In this document: piece by piece, positions 9,761 to 18,422 of the stretch
Numbering within the stretch: the first letter of the stretch is position 1
Layout: each line of letters starts with the position of its first letter
From: an uncultured SAR86 cluster bacterium
Lineage (GTDB): Bacteria; Pseudomonadota; Gammaproteobacteria; Magnimaribacterales; AG-339-G14
Length of the DNA: 64,000 bases
Direction: 5' to 3'
NCBI GenBank assembly: GCA_902522825.1
Contig: CABYXE010000004.1
Coordinates: forward strand, 19,364-83,363
Translations under genes and position numbers: made by a program
Notes under the pieces: model-generated
What the model was told of the DNA's origin: nothing
Seen by the model: the letters and a program-made list of their open reading frames with translations, nothing else
Database searches by the model: none

Positions 9761-10402
9761 TTAATCTTTTTTAGAAAGAATAATTAGAAACTCCTCACTA
9801 AAATTAAAATAACTTTTAAGTATTTTATTTATATTAGATACATTCCAGTTATAGGATATGAGAGCAGGTATTGCAGTAAATAAGCCTAAGGCTGTTGCGA
9901 CAAGAGCTTCAGAAATACCTGGAGCAACAACTGTAATAGACACTTGTGTTAACTGAGCTAGGCCCCCAAAAGCATTCATAATTCCCCATACAGTTCCAAA
10001 AAGACCTATAAAAGGACTTACTGAGGCTACCGTCGAGAGAAAAGAAAGTCTATTTTCTAAAACTTGCTCATGTCGTGAAATTGTTATTTCCATAACTTTT
10101 TTTGCATCACTTATAGATTTTGATTTATTAAACTCCTCAAAACCAACAAAAAAAATCTGTTCTAAACCAATCTTTTTTTGTTTTCTGGAAATTTCTTTAA
10201 ACACTAGATCGAGTTCTTTGTTTGACCAAAAATAATCTTCAAAATTAAACATGTCTCGTGTAGTTCTGCTCAAGGTTGTCCATCTTTCAAAAATAACCCA
10301 CCAAGAACTTATAGAAGCCGATAACAAAATTATCATCACCAACTGAACAACTAAGCTTGCTTGAAGAAATAAAGAAAAAATATCTAATTCAAAAGAATTC
10401 AA
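9761..10402 (-). CDS. tolQ: TolQ (MotA/ExbB/TolQ family)
   Basis: 213 aa, three TM segments, with the motif SPFIGLFGTVWGIMNAF. Confidence 0.95.
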   Translation of the reverse strand: MNSFELDIFSLFLQASLVVQLVMIILLSASISSWWVIFERWTTLSRTTRDMFNFEDYFWSNKELDLVFKEISRKQKKIGLEQIFFVGFEEFNKSKSISDAKKVMEITISRHEQVLENRLSFLSTVASVSPFIGLFGTVWGIMNAFGGLAQLTQVSITVVAPGISEALVATALGLFTAIPALISYNWNVSNINKILKSYFNFSEEFLIILSKKD

Positions 10403-10800
10403 TTCAGCTCCTTGACCATGTTAGTTTGAAGTTTTTCAGGAACTAGCATAGGTTTTTTTGATTCAATATTTATCGAACCACAAAATACCTGTGCTTCGCA
10501 AATTTTTTCTGAGTCAGAGTTGTAAATTGTTTGTAAAAAATTAAAGCTTACTTTTTTTACACCAACCAACTTAGTTTCTATTTTTATTAATTCATCAAGA
10601 CTTGCAGGCTTCTCATATTCCACTATCAATTTTCTAACAACAAAAATTATTCCTTTTTCCATTAATTCTTTTTGCTCATAACCTAGTGATCTTAAATACT
10701 CTGTACGAGCGCGCTCAAAAAATTTTAAGTAGTTTGCATAGTAGACAAAACCTTGAGCATCTGTATCTTCATAATAAACTCTATATTCTTCAAAATGCAT
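10399..10800 (-). CDS. ybgC: acyl-CoA thioesterase YbgC (4HBT family)
   Basis: RVYYEDTDAQGFVYYANYLKFFERAR. It is the first gene of the tol cluster. Confidence 0.92.
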   Translation of the reverse strand: MHFEEYRVYYEDTDAQGFVYYANYLKFFERARTEYLRSLGYEQKELMEKGIIFVVRKLIVEYEKPASLDELIKIETKLVGVKKVSFNFLQTIYNSDSEKICEAQVFCGSINIESKKPMLVPEKLQTNMVKELN

Positions 10801-10803
10801 GAA

Positions 10804-11214
10804 TTACTTTTGGTGTTTAGCTATATCTTCTGGATAAAGTATTTTCAGAATAAAAATAAAGTCTTTCCAAGCTAAATCGCAAGTGAGTTGATTATCTTTG
10901 GTTAAATTATCGTTAATAGTATGAAGTGGCACTCTTACTTTGATTGGTCTATTATTAAACTTATATATTAAAGCAGGAACCCCTTTATCTTTAGCAGAAT
11001 CTAAAACTTGAGACCACCATTTTTCTATTGGTTCATTACCTTGACCATAACGTTTGCATTCAAGATACCAATTTCCAAGTATTAAATCAGGTAAAAACTT
11101 TTCTCTTGTTTGTTCCAGGATTCTTTTAAGAGGAATAGTTAGATTTAATTCTTCGTTTAAAGAATTAGCAATTTCTCTTTCAAAAGCAGCTCCTTTATTT
11201 CTTGAGTTAGTCAT
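10804..11214 (-). CDS. small PD-(D/E)XK nuclease, Hjc-like putative Holliday-junction resolvase
   Basis: 136 aa. NKGAAFEREIANSL followed by PDLILGNWYLECKRY gives an E...D-x8-E-x-K arrangement. It occupies the ruvC position between yebC and ybgC. Confidence 0.5.
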   Translation of the reverse strand: MTNSRNKGAAFEREIANSLNEELNLTIPLKRILEQTREKFLPDLILGNWYLECKRYGQGNEPIEKWWSQVLDSAKDKGVPALIYKFNNRPIKVRVPLHTINDNLTKDNQLTCDLAWKDFIFILKILYPEDIAKHQK

Positions 11215-11218
11215 TTAT

Positions 11219-11947
11219 TTAAAGATTATCAATAAACTCTGCATTTGAATGAACATTTTGGACATCGTCAAGATCATCTAGATTTTCTAGTAACTTAATT
11301 ACTTTTTCAGATGTATCTTTATCCAGCTCAACATTAACTGATGCATTCATTACTAATTCGCTTTCTTCAATTTCTATAGTTTCAGAGTCCAATACTTCCT
11401 TAACTGCAGATAAATTTTCAACTTCCATATTGATCAAAGTTCTGCCATTTTCTAAAGATTCTAAGTCTTCTATCCCAGTAGATATTAATAGTTCTAGTAA
11501 CTTATCTTCGTCGGAATCTTTTGCAATAATTTGTCCAAATTTTTTAAATAAATACGATACCGATCCGTCCGTTCCAAGACTTCCTCCAGCTTTAGAAAAA
11601 GCATGTCTTACTTCAGCAACTGTTCTATTTCTATTATCTGTCATTGTCTCAACTAATATAGCAACTCCTCCTGGACCATAGCCTTCGTATAGCACTTCTT
11701 CTAAGTTTTCTGATTCTGTATCTCCCGCCCCTCTAGATACCGCTCTTTCTATAGTATCTTTAGGCATATTTGATCTAAATGCTCTGTCCAAAGCTAGTCT
11801 AAGTCTGGGATTATCTGCAGCATCTGAACCTCCTAGCCTAGCAGCCACAGTTATCTCTCTTATTAATTTAGAAAAGACTTTTTGTCTTTTTTCATCCTGT
11901 CTTCCCTTTTGATGCTTAATATTAGCCCACTTAGAATGTCCAGCCAT
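11219..11947 (-). CDS. yebC: YebC/PmpR family transcriptional regulator
   Basis: MAGHSKWANIKHQKGRQDEKR; 242 aa. Confidence 0.95.
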   Translation of the reverse strand: MAGHSKWANIKHQKGRQDEKRQKVFSKLIREITVAARLGGSDAADNPRLRLALDRAFRSNMPKDTIERAVSRGAGDTESENLEEVLYEGYGPGGVAILVETMTDNRNRTVAEVRHAFSKAGGSLGTDGSVSYLFKKFGQIIAKDSDEDKLLELLISTGIEDLESLENGRTLINMEVENLSAVKEVLDSETIEIEESELVMNASVNVELDKDTSEKVIKLLENLDDLDDVQNVHSNAEFIDNL

Positions 11948-11949
11948 AT

Positions 11950-13716
11950 TTAGTCCTTAGGTTTTAAAGTGCTTTTAATTGCTAATTCTTTAAGCTCATC
12001 ATCAGAAATATTACTTGGAGCGTCTGTCATAAGGCAATAAGCTGATTGCGTCTTGGGAAATGCAATTACATCTCTAATTGAGTTTTTGTTGCAAATCAAC
12101 ATGACTAATCTATCAAGACCAAATGCAATTCCTCCATGCGGTGGACATCCATAATCTAAGGCCTCTAGAAAAAAACCAAACTTTTCATCTGCTTCTTCTT
12201 TTGAAATTCCTAAAATAGATAAGACTTTTCTTTGCTCTTCAGAATTATGGATACGCATAGAACCACCACCTATTTCGTATCCATTTAATACAAGATCATA
12301 TGCGTCTGCTATTGCCATGGCTGGGTTTTTCTCAAGTGTTTCTAAATTACCAGAAGTTCTTGTAAAAGGATGATGACTTGGAGTTAACGATCCGTCTTCT
12401 GCTTCATCAAAAACAGGAAAGTCTTTAATCCAAAGAGGAGCCCATTTATCTTTATCAATCAGATGAAGGTCTTCTCCCAACTTTTCTCTTAGAGCTCCCA
12501 TAGACTCATTAACAATTTTTTTATGACCTGCACCAAAAAATACTGTATCACCGGCTGAGAAATTAAGTTTCTCAGAAAGACTAGCTATTTCTTTTTCCGA
12601 AAGAAATTTAAGAATTGGTGATTGCAAACCTTCTTTTAAATCATTTTCATCATTAACTTTTATATAAGCTAAACCTTTAGCACCATAATTTCCTACAAAT
12701 TTTGTGTAGTCATCGATCTGACTTCTAGATAAAGAATTAGAAATTTTCAATGCGACTAGACGTGATTTTCTATTTTTAGCAGGATCACTGAATACTTTAA
12801 ATTCAGATTCAGTAAATATATCTTTAACATCAATCAATTCAAGAGGGTTTCTTAGATCAGGCTTATCTGATCCAAATCTTTCTATAGACTCAGAATAAGA
12901 CATAACAGGGAAATCTTTTAAATCTATCTTCAATGCCTTTTTAAAAATCTCTTTAATTAAATTTTCTCCAAGGGTCATTACTTCTTCCGTTGAAGTGAAA
13001 GAAGATTCAATATCTACTTGCGTAAACTCTGGTTGTCTATCTTTTCTAGTATCTTCATCTCTAAAACATCTAACTATTTGAAAATATTTTCCGAATCCAC
13101 TAATCATTAGTAATTGCTTAAAAAGTTGTGGTGACTGGGGCAATGCATAAAAACTGCCTTGATTTACTCTACTTGGGATAACGAAATCTCTAGCGCCCTC
13201 TGGAGTTGCCTTAGTCATCATAGGCGTTTCTATATCTATAAAATCATTAGATATTAAAAACTGTCTTATTTCATTAGAGACTTTAGACCTAGTTTTTATA
13301 GTTTCCTGCATTTCTGATCTTCTAAGATCAAGATATCTATATTTAAGCCTAGTTTCTTCACCAACTTTTACATATTCATCTAACTGAAACGGCATGGGCT
13401 TACTTTTAGATAAAATAGATAGTTCAGATGAATTCAATTCAATTTCACCAGTTATCATCTTTTCATTCACCGTGCCCTTTGGTCTTTCCTTTACTTCACC
13501 GGAAACAGTTATTACAAATTCATTTCTTATAGACTCAGCTATTTCAAATATATCTTTATTTTGAGGCTCAACTACCACTTGAAGAATTTCATTTCCTTCT
13601 CTTAAGTCAATAAAAATTACACCTCCATGATCTCTAATATTCTCAACCCATCCAGAAACAGTGATTTTTTGTCCCAAACTGTCTTTATCCAAAGTTGGTA
13701 TTTTTATTAAAGTCAT
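11950..13716 (-). CDS. aspS: aspartate--tRNA ligase
   Basis: 588 aa, bacterial type, with class II motifs (FRDEDTRKDRQPEFTQVD; GGGSMRIH; GLDRLVM). Confidence 0.97.
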   Translation of the reverse strand: MTLIKIPTLDKDSLGQKITVSGWVENIRDHGGVIFIDLREGNEILQVVVEPQNKDIFEIAESIRNEFVITVSGEVKERPKGTVNEKMITGEIELNSSELSILSKSKPMPFQLDEYVKVGEETRLKYRYLDLRRSEMQETIKTRSKVSNEIRQFLISNDFIDIETPMMTKATPEGARDFVIPSRVNQGSFYALPQSPQLFKQLLMISGFGKYFQIVRCFRDEDTRKDRQPEFTQVDIESSFTSTEEVMTLGENLIKEIFKKALKIDLKDFPVMSYSESIERFGSDKPDLRNPLELIDVKDIFTESEFKVFSDPAKNRKSRLVALKISNSLSRSQIDDYTKFVGNYGAKGLAYIKVNDENDLKEGLQSPILKFLSEKEIASLSEKLNFSAGDTVFFGAGHKKIVNESMGALREKLGEDLHLIDKDKWAPLWIKDFPVFDEAEDGSLTPSHHPFTRTSGNLETLEKNPAMAIADAYDLVLNGYEIGGGSMRIHNSEEQRKVLSILGISKEEADEKFGFFLEALDYGCPPHGGIAFGLDRLVMLICNKNSIRDVIAFPKTQSAYCLMTDAPSNISDDELKELAIKSTLKPKD

Positions 13717-13982
13717 TTTTCTTTTTTGGCTATTTTCTTGGAAGTGTCGGTAGTTTTTTTATCTTTCTTATCTGATTGTACTAAATTTTTCTTACTACCT
13801 GTTTTAAAGTCTGTTTCATACCATCCTTTCCCGCCTAAACGAAAAGAAGGAGCTGAAATAACTTTCTTTGCAAATGCTTTTGGGGAGCAATCACACTTAA
13901 CTTTTTTTAATGATTCTGAAAGGCTAACAATCTTTTCAAAACGTTTTCCGCAACTATCACATTGAAATTCATATATTGGCAT
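13713..13982 (-). CDS. FmdB-family zinc-ribbon protein
   Basis: MPIYEFQCDSCGKRFE plus a second Cys pair and a Lys-rich tail. Overlaps aspS by 4 nt. Confidence 0.75.
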   Translation of the reverse strand: MPIYEFQCDSCGKRFEKIVSLSESLKKVKCDCSPKAFAKKVISAPSFRLGGKGWYETDFKTGSKKNLVQSDKKDKKTTDTSKKIAKKEK

Positions 13983-14047
13983 TTACTAACCTTTGTAAGT
14001 CAAAAAAAAGTATAATTTAATTTTTTAAATAGAAATTCCATTTTAAT

Positions 14048-15307
14048 ATGAAAGCTTCTTCATATCACTATAAAACCCTCAAAGATGCTCCAAGTGACAC
14101 TGAGTTGGTAAGTCATAAATTGATGATTAGAGCCGGAATGATCAAACCATTAGCATCTGGAATATATAGTTGGTTGCCACTTGGATTAAAAGTTTTAAAA
14201 AAAATTGAAAATATCATAAGAGAAAAAATGGACAAAGGTGGTTGTTTAGAGATTTATATGCCAATGGTACAGCCTAAAAGTTTATGGGACGAAACTGGAA
14301 GATCAGACGAATATGGGCCTGAGTTATTAGGCTTTAAAGATAGAGGAGATAGAGAATTTTATTTAGGTCCTACTCATGAAGAAGTTGTTACAGATTTAGC
14401 AAGAAAAGAAATTAATAGTCCAAAAGATCTTCCCCTTACTTTTTATCAAATACAAGCAAAATTTAGAGATGAAATAAGGCCGAGATTTGGAGTAATGAGA
14501 GCTAGAGAGTTTCTCATGAAGGATGGTTACTCTTTTGATTTGAGTGAAACCTCAATGAAACAAACTTATTCAAAAATTAAACAAATTTATATAGAAATAT
14601 TTAATAAATTGAAATTAGATTATCGAATTGTTAACGCTGACTCTGGTTCTATTGGAGGAAGTTCTTCAGAGGAATTTCATGTTTTGGCTGACTCAGGGGA
14701 AGACTTGTTAGCTTTTAGTGATGAAAGTGATTTTGCTTGTAATGTAGAACTTATTGAGGAGGATGACGTTAACAAAATTCCAGGGATGGATAGTCCAGAT
14801 GGAATGGGGAAACTAGATGTAAAAAAAGGTATTGAAGTTGGTCATATATTTCAATTGGGAAATAAATATAGCAAATCTATGGATCTTAAAGTTCAAGACA
14901 ATAATGAAATAAAATACTTGGAAATGGGATGTTATGGAATAGGTGTTTCAAGAATTATTGCCGCATCAATAGAGCAGAGTCATGATGAAAAGGGAATAAT
15001 TTTCAATGAAACGCTTTCGCCATTTAATTTAATCATTATATTAATTAATCAGAAAAATGATGAAAGTATTAATCTAAAAGCTAATTATTTCTACGAAAAA
15101 TTAAAAGATGCAGGTAATGATGTGCTATTGGACGATAGAGACTGTTCACCGGGTATTAAATTTTCTGACGCAGAATTAATTGGTATTCCTCACCAATTAA
15201 TAATAAGTAAGAAAACTATAGAGTCTGATAGTTATGAAGTTGTTACTAGGAAAGATCTATCTAAGAAAGAAATTACTGAAGAAGAATTATTCGCTCTCTT
15301 CAGTTAA
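14048..15307 (+). CDS. proS: proline--tRNA ligase, bacterial type lacking the INS editing domain
   Basis: Motif 2 is [25 protein letters not shown] and motif 3 is [13 protein letters not shown]. Only about 20 aa separate NVELIEEDD from [11 protein letters not shown]. 419 aa. Confidence 0.93.
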   Translation: MKASSYHYKTLKDAPSDTELVSHKLMIRAGMIKPLASGIYSWLPLGLKVLKKIENIIREKMDKGGCLEIYMPMVQPKSLWDETGRSDEYGPELLGFKDRGDREFYLGPTHEEVVTDLARKEINSPKDLPLTFYQIQAKFRDEIRPRFGVMRAREFLMKDGYSFDLSETSMKQTYSKIKQIYIEIFNKLKLDYRIVNADSGSIGGSSSEEFHVLADSGEDLLAFSDESDFACNVELIEEDDVNKIPGMDSPDGMGKLDVKKGIEVGHIFQLGNKYSKSMDLKVQDNNEIKYLEMGCYGIGVSRIIAASIEQSHDEKGIIFNETLSPFNLIIILINQKNDESINLKANYFYEKLKDAGNDVLLDDRDCSPGIKFSDAELIGIPHQLIISKKTIESDSYEVVTRKDLSKKEITEEELFALFS

Positions 15308-16378
15308 ATCTGTGTCAGGTAAATCTATTTCTTTTGGTGAATCTTTTTCTTTGATTGCAGCGTATATTCTACTTTCAATCTCTTGCATTATTTTTTGATT
15401 TTGCTTCAAAAACTCTCCTGCATTTGTCTTACCTTGTCCTATCTTTTCACCTTCATAAGAATACCAAGCGCCAGCTTTTTCAACTATCTTGTGTTCGGCT
15501 CCGATATCTAGTAACTCACCTGCTTTATTTATACCTTTACCGTATAAGATTTGAAATTCTGCCTGCCTGAATGGTGGAGCAACTTTATTTTTAACTACTT
15601 TTACTCTTGTTTCGTTACCTGAAACTTCATCGCCGTCTTTGACTGTTCCAATTCGTCTTATATCCAATCTTACTGAAGAATAAAACTTAAGAGCGTTACC
15701 GCCAGATGTTGTTTCTGGATTACCGAACATAACTCCTATTTTCATTCTTATCTGATTAATAAAAATTACAGTTGTATTAGATCTTTTTATGTTTCCTGTT
15801 ATTTTTCTTAGTGCTTGAGACATCAATCTAGCTTGCAGTCCAACATGATGATCTCCCATTTCACCTTCTATTTCAGCACGTGGAGTTAAAGCAGCTACTG
15901 AATCTATAACTAAAACGTCTACTCCTCCTGATTTAACCATAATATCCGCGACTTCAAGAGCTTGTTCTCCATTATCAGGTTGAGACAGCAAAAGATCATC
16001 AACTTTAACACCTAATTTTTCAGCATATATCGGATCTAAGGCATGTTCTGCATCAATAAAGGCAGCTGTTCCTCCTTGTTTTTGGCACTCAGCTATAACT
16101 TGCAAGGTTAAAGTAGTTTTTCCAGATGACTCGGGACCAAATATCTCTACTACTCTTCCTCTTGGCAATCCCATTACGCCAAGCGCCAAATCTAAACCTA
16201 GTGATCCTGTAGATATACTAGGAACATCTTCTACTTTCTTATCGCCCATCCTCATGATGGTTCCAGTGCCAAATTGACTTTCAATTTGGGTTATAGCAGA
16301 TGCTAAATTCTTATTCTTATCAGTTGATAAGTCCTCGTTTTTTGTATTTTTTGTGTTTTTTGTGTTTTTTATAGCCAT
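15287..16378 (-). CDS. recA: recombinase RecA
   Basis: Walker [11 protein letters not shown], plus [10 protein letters not shown] and [19 protein letters not shown]. 363 aa. Confidence 0.98.
   Translation of the reverse strand: MAIKNTKNTKNTKNEDLSTDKNKNLASAITQIESQFGTGTIMRMGDKKVEDVPSISTGSLGLDLALGVMGLPRGRVVEIFGPESSGKTTLTLQVIAECQKQGGTAAFIDAEHALDPIYAEKLGVKVDDLLLSQPDNGEQALEVADIMVKSGGVDVLVIDSVAALTPRAEIEGEMGDHHVGLQARLMSQALRKITGNIKRSNTTVIFINQIRMKIGVMFGNPETTSGGNALKFYSSVRLDIRRIGTVKDGDEVSGNETRVKVVKNKVAPPFRQAEFQILYGKGINKAGELLDIGAEHKIVEKAGAWYSYEGEKIGQGKTNAGEFLKQNQKIMQEIESRIYAAIKEKDSPKEIDLPDTDLTEESE
16337..16369 (-). repeat. 9-bp tandem repeat (AAAAAYACA, about 3.6 copies) inside the recA 5' end
   Basis: The minus strand reads aaa aac aca aaa aac aca aaa aat aca aaa aac, encoding (KNT)3KN directly after MAI. 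Confidence 0.85.
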
Positions 16379-16387
16379 AATCTTAAT

Positions 16388-16407
16388 TACTGTATGTTTA
16401 TACAGTA
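16388..16407 (-). promoter_or_regulatory. LexA (SOS) box upstream of recA
   Basis: TACTGTATGTTTATACAGTA matches the gammaproteobacterial consensus TACTGTATATATATACAGTA at 18 of 20 positions. It lies 10 nt upstream of the recA ATG. Confidence 0.85.
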
Positions 16408-16423
16408 TTTAACAATATCTAAA

Positions 16424-16945
16424 TTAATTTTGCAATGTTTTTAAAAAATTATTTATTTCTGTAAATGCATAGATAACGCTTTGATTTCTTACGTCGTCTC
16501 TTTGTCCCTCAAAATGCATCGTTCTTGTAATAATTTTTTCTGAATTTCCTAAAGCAAAACAAACTGTCCCAACAGGTCTCTCTTTGGAGCCTCCTCCAGG
16601 ACCAGCTACTCCACTAATAGCTATTCCGTAATCTGCTCGGCCAAGCTGCATTGCTCCAATAGCCATTTCTCTAACAACTGACTCAGAAACAGCACCTTCT
16701 TTTAAAAGAGTTTCTTTGTTTACACCTAATATTTTAACTTTAGCGCTATTTGAATAAGTTATGAGACCTGTACCAAACCACCTTGAACTTCCAGGAACTC
16801 CGGTAATTTCTTTACCTAGCCAACCACCAGTACAGGATTCAGCTGTACTTATTGTTTGTTTTTTTTCGGACAAAAAATTCCCTAGATATTCCAATAAAGA
16901 ATATAAATCGGTCGTTGTTTCAGTCATATATAAATTATAATTCAT
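16424..16945 (-). CDS. pncC: CinA C-terminal domain protein / nicotinamide-nucleotide amidohydrolase PncC
   Basis: ESCTGGW and [10 protein letters not shown] motifs, upstream of recA. The start may be the second ATG at 16927. Confidence 0.85.
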   Translation of the reverse strand: MNYNLYMTETTTDLYSLLEYLGNFLSEKKQTISTAESCTGGWLGKEITGVPGSSRWFGTGLITYSNSAKVKILGVNKETLLKEGAVSESVVREMAIGAMQLGRADYGIAISGVAGPGGGSKERPVGTVCFALGNSEKIITRTMHFEGQRDDVRNQSVIYAFTEINNFLKTLQN

Positions 16946-16947
16946 TC

Positions 16948-17274
16948 ATGACCTATATTGTTGGCTCTGCTTGTATCAATTGTAAGCACACGGATTGCGT
17001 GGAAGTTTGTCCTGTGGATTGTTTTTACGAAGGAGAAAATACCCTAGTGATAGATCCTGAAGAGTGTATCGATTGTGGCTTGTGTGAACCGGAATGTCCT
17101 ATTAATGCTATTTATGCTGAAGACGAAGTGCCTGCCGATGAAATTGAATTCATTGAAATCAATGAAAAATATTCTAAAATTTGGCCCAACATTACAGAAG
17201 CGAAAGCACCTTTGCCTGATCATGAAAAGTGGAAGGATATGCCCAATAAAATAGATGCTTTAATTTTAGAATAA
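16948..17274 (+). CDS. fdxA: 7Fe ferredoxin (FdxA type)
   Basis: [31 protein letters not shown]...[17 protein letters not shown] trimmed the ORF-track N-terminal extension (16852) to the conserved MTY start. Confidence 0.9.
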   Translation: MTYIVGSACINCKHTDCVEVCPVDCFYEGENTLVIDPEECIDCGLCEPECPINAIYAEDEVPADEIEFIEINEKYSKIWPNITEAKAPLPDHEKWKDMPNKIDALILE

Positions 17275-17291
17275 TTAATTCAAGGAGAATT

Positions 17292-17723
17292 ATGGAAATT
17301 TCATTGGAATGGTTAAATCAGCATAAACCAGGCAATACGGCAAAGTTTTTTAACCTTCAATTTGTAGAAAAAGTTGATGACGCCTTTAAAATTAAAGTAA
17401 CTTTTCCAGCTGAATCCACAAATCCAATGAATATGGTGCAAGGTGGCATGATTGCCGCTGCAATGGATGATGCAACAGCCATGGTGGTCATTTCTGCATA
17501 CGAATTTGAAAAAGGTCCTCTTTCAACAGATCTTCATGTTTTATTTCATAGACCAGTTGCCGTTGGTGAGGCAATAATTGAAGTTAGACTTATTAAACTT
17601 GGCCAAAAACTTGCTACCGTTGAAGGCAAGCTATTCAATTCCGATAATAAATTAGCTGCAACTTTACTTCACACAATTCAACCATCTGATATGTCTGATG
17701 GAGAAAAACCAAAAATTGAATAA
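17292..17723 (+). CDS. PaaI-family hotdog-fold thioesterase
   Basis: 143 aa with NMVQGGMIAAAMDDATA. Confidence 0.7.
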   Translation: MEISLEWLNQHKPGNTAKFFNLQFVEKVDDAFKIKVTFPAESTNPMNMVQGGMIAAAMDDATAMVVISAYEFEKGPLSTDLHVLFHRPVAVGEAIIEVRLIKLGQKLATVEGKLFNSDNKLAATLLHTIQPSDMSDGEKPKIE

Positions 17724-17729
17724 TATGAT

Positions 17730-18422
17730 TTATTTCTCTTGTGTTTTTCCACTTAACATCGGAACGAACAAAACAGAATCAAGGATAGTTTCCTTGTAAT
17801 CATCTTTAGCTAATTTTTCTAAGAAAACTAAACTTTGTTTTTTTTGATCTCCACAGGGACAGATTAATTTACCACCAATATTTAATTGTGTTTTCAAAGT
17901 TAAAGGTATTTCTTGAATAGCAGCACTACAAATAATAGCGTCAAACTTTTTAGGAACAGGCCAACCTAAGGTACCATCTGACCATCTAATTAGAAAATTT
18001 TTTATTCCTGCATTTTTTAGATTTTCTTTGGCTCTTTCAGCTAATGGTTTAATTCTCTCTATCGAAAATACTTTTCGACAGAATCTTGAAATAATTGCTG
18101 CTTGATAGCCACATCCTGTTCCTATTTCTAAGACCGCTCCTAATGGTTTTTTTTCTAATACATTGCCTTTAATTAACACCTCTGTCATTTTTGCGACTAC
18201 ATAAGGTTGAGAAATCGTTTGTCTGTAACCTATAGGCAATGACATATCTTCATAAGCTCGACTAGAAAAAGCACCATCTACAAATAAATGTCTGGGTGTC
18301 TTAAGAATTGCTTCCAGGACTCTTACATCAGATATACCTTTAGTAGCTAATGTTTCTGCAAGAGCAGTTCTTGCTCGTTCAAAGGTATGCTCTGTTGTGT
18401 AATTAGTTTTAAAATTTTCCAA
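17730..18422 (-). CDS. pcm: protein-L-isoaspartate O-methyltransferase
   Basis: QTISQPYVVA and LEIGTGCGYQAA (SAM motif). Confidence 0.93.
   Translation of the reverse strand: MENFKTNYTTEHTFERARTALAETLATKGISDVRVLEAILKTPRHLFVDGAFSSRAYEDMSLPIGYRQTISQPYVVAKMTEVLIKGNVLEKKPLGAVLEIGTGCGYQAAIISRFCRKVFSIERIKPLAERAKENLKNAGIKNFLIRWSDGTLGWPVPKKFDAIICSAAIQEIPLTLKTQLNIGGKLICPCGDQKKQSLVFLEKLAKDDYKETILDSVLFVPMLSGKTQEK

Noticed and set aside
16852-16947. A 32-codon N-terminal extension of the ferredoxin ORF, overlapping the cinA-domain gene.
   Set aside because: The conserved FdxA sequence begins at MTYIVGSAC (ATG at 16948). The extension is antisense to cinA and has no ferredoxin similarity.
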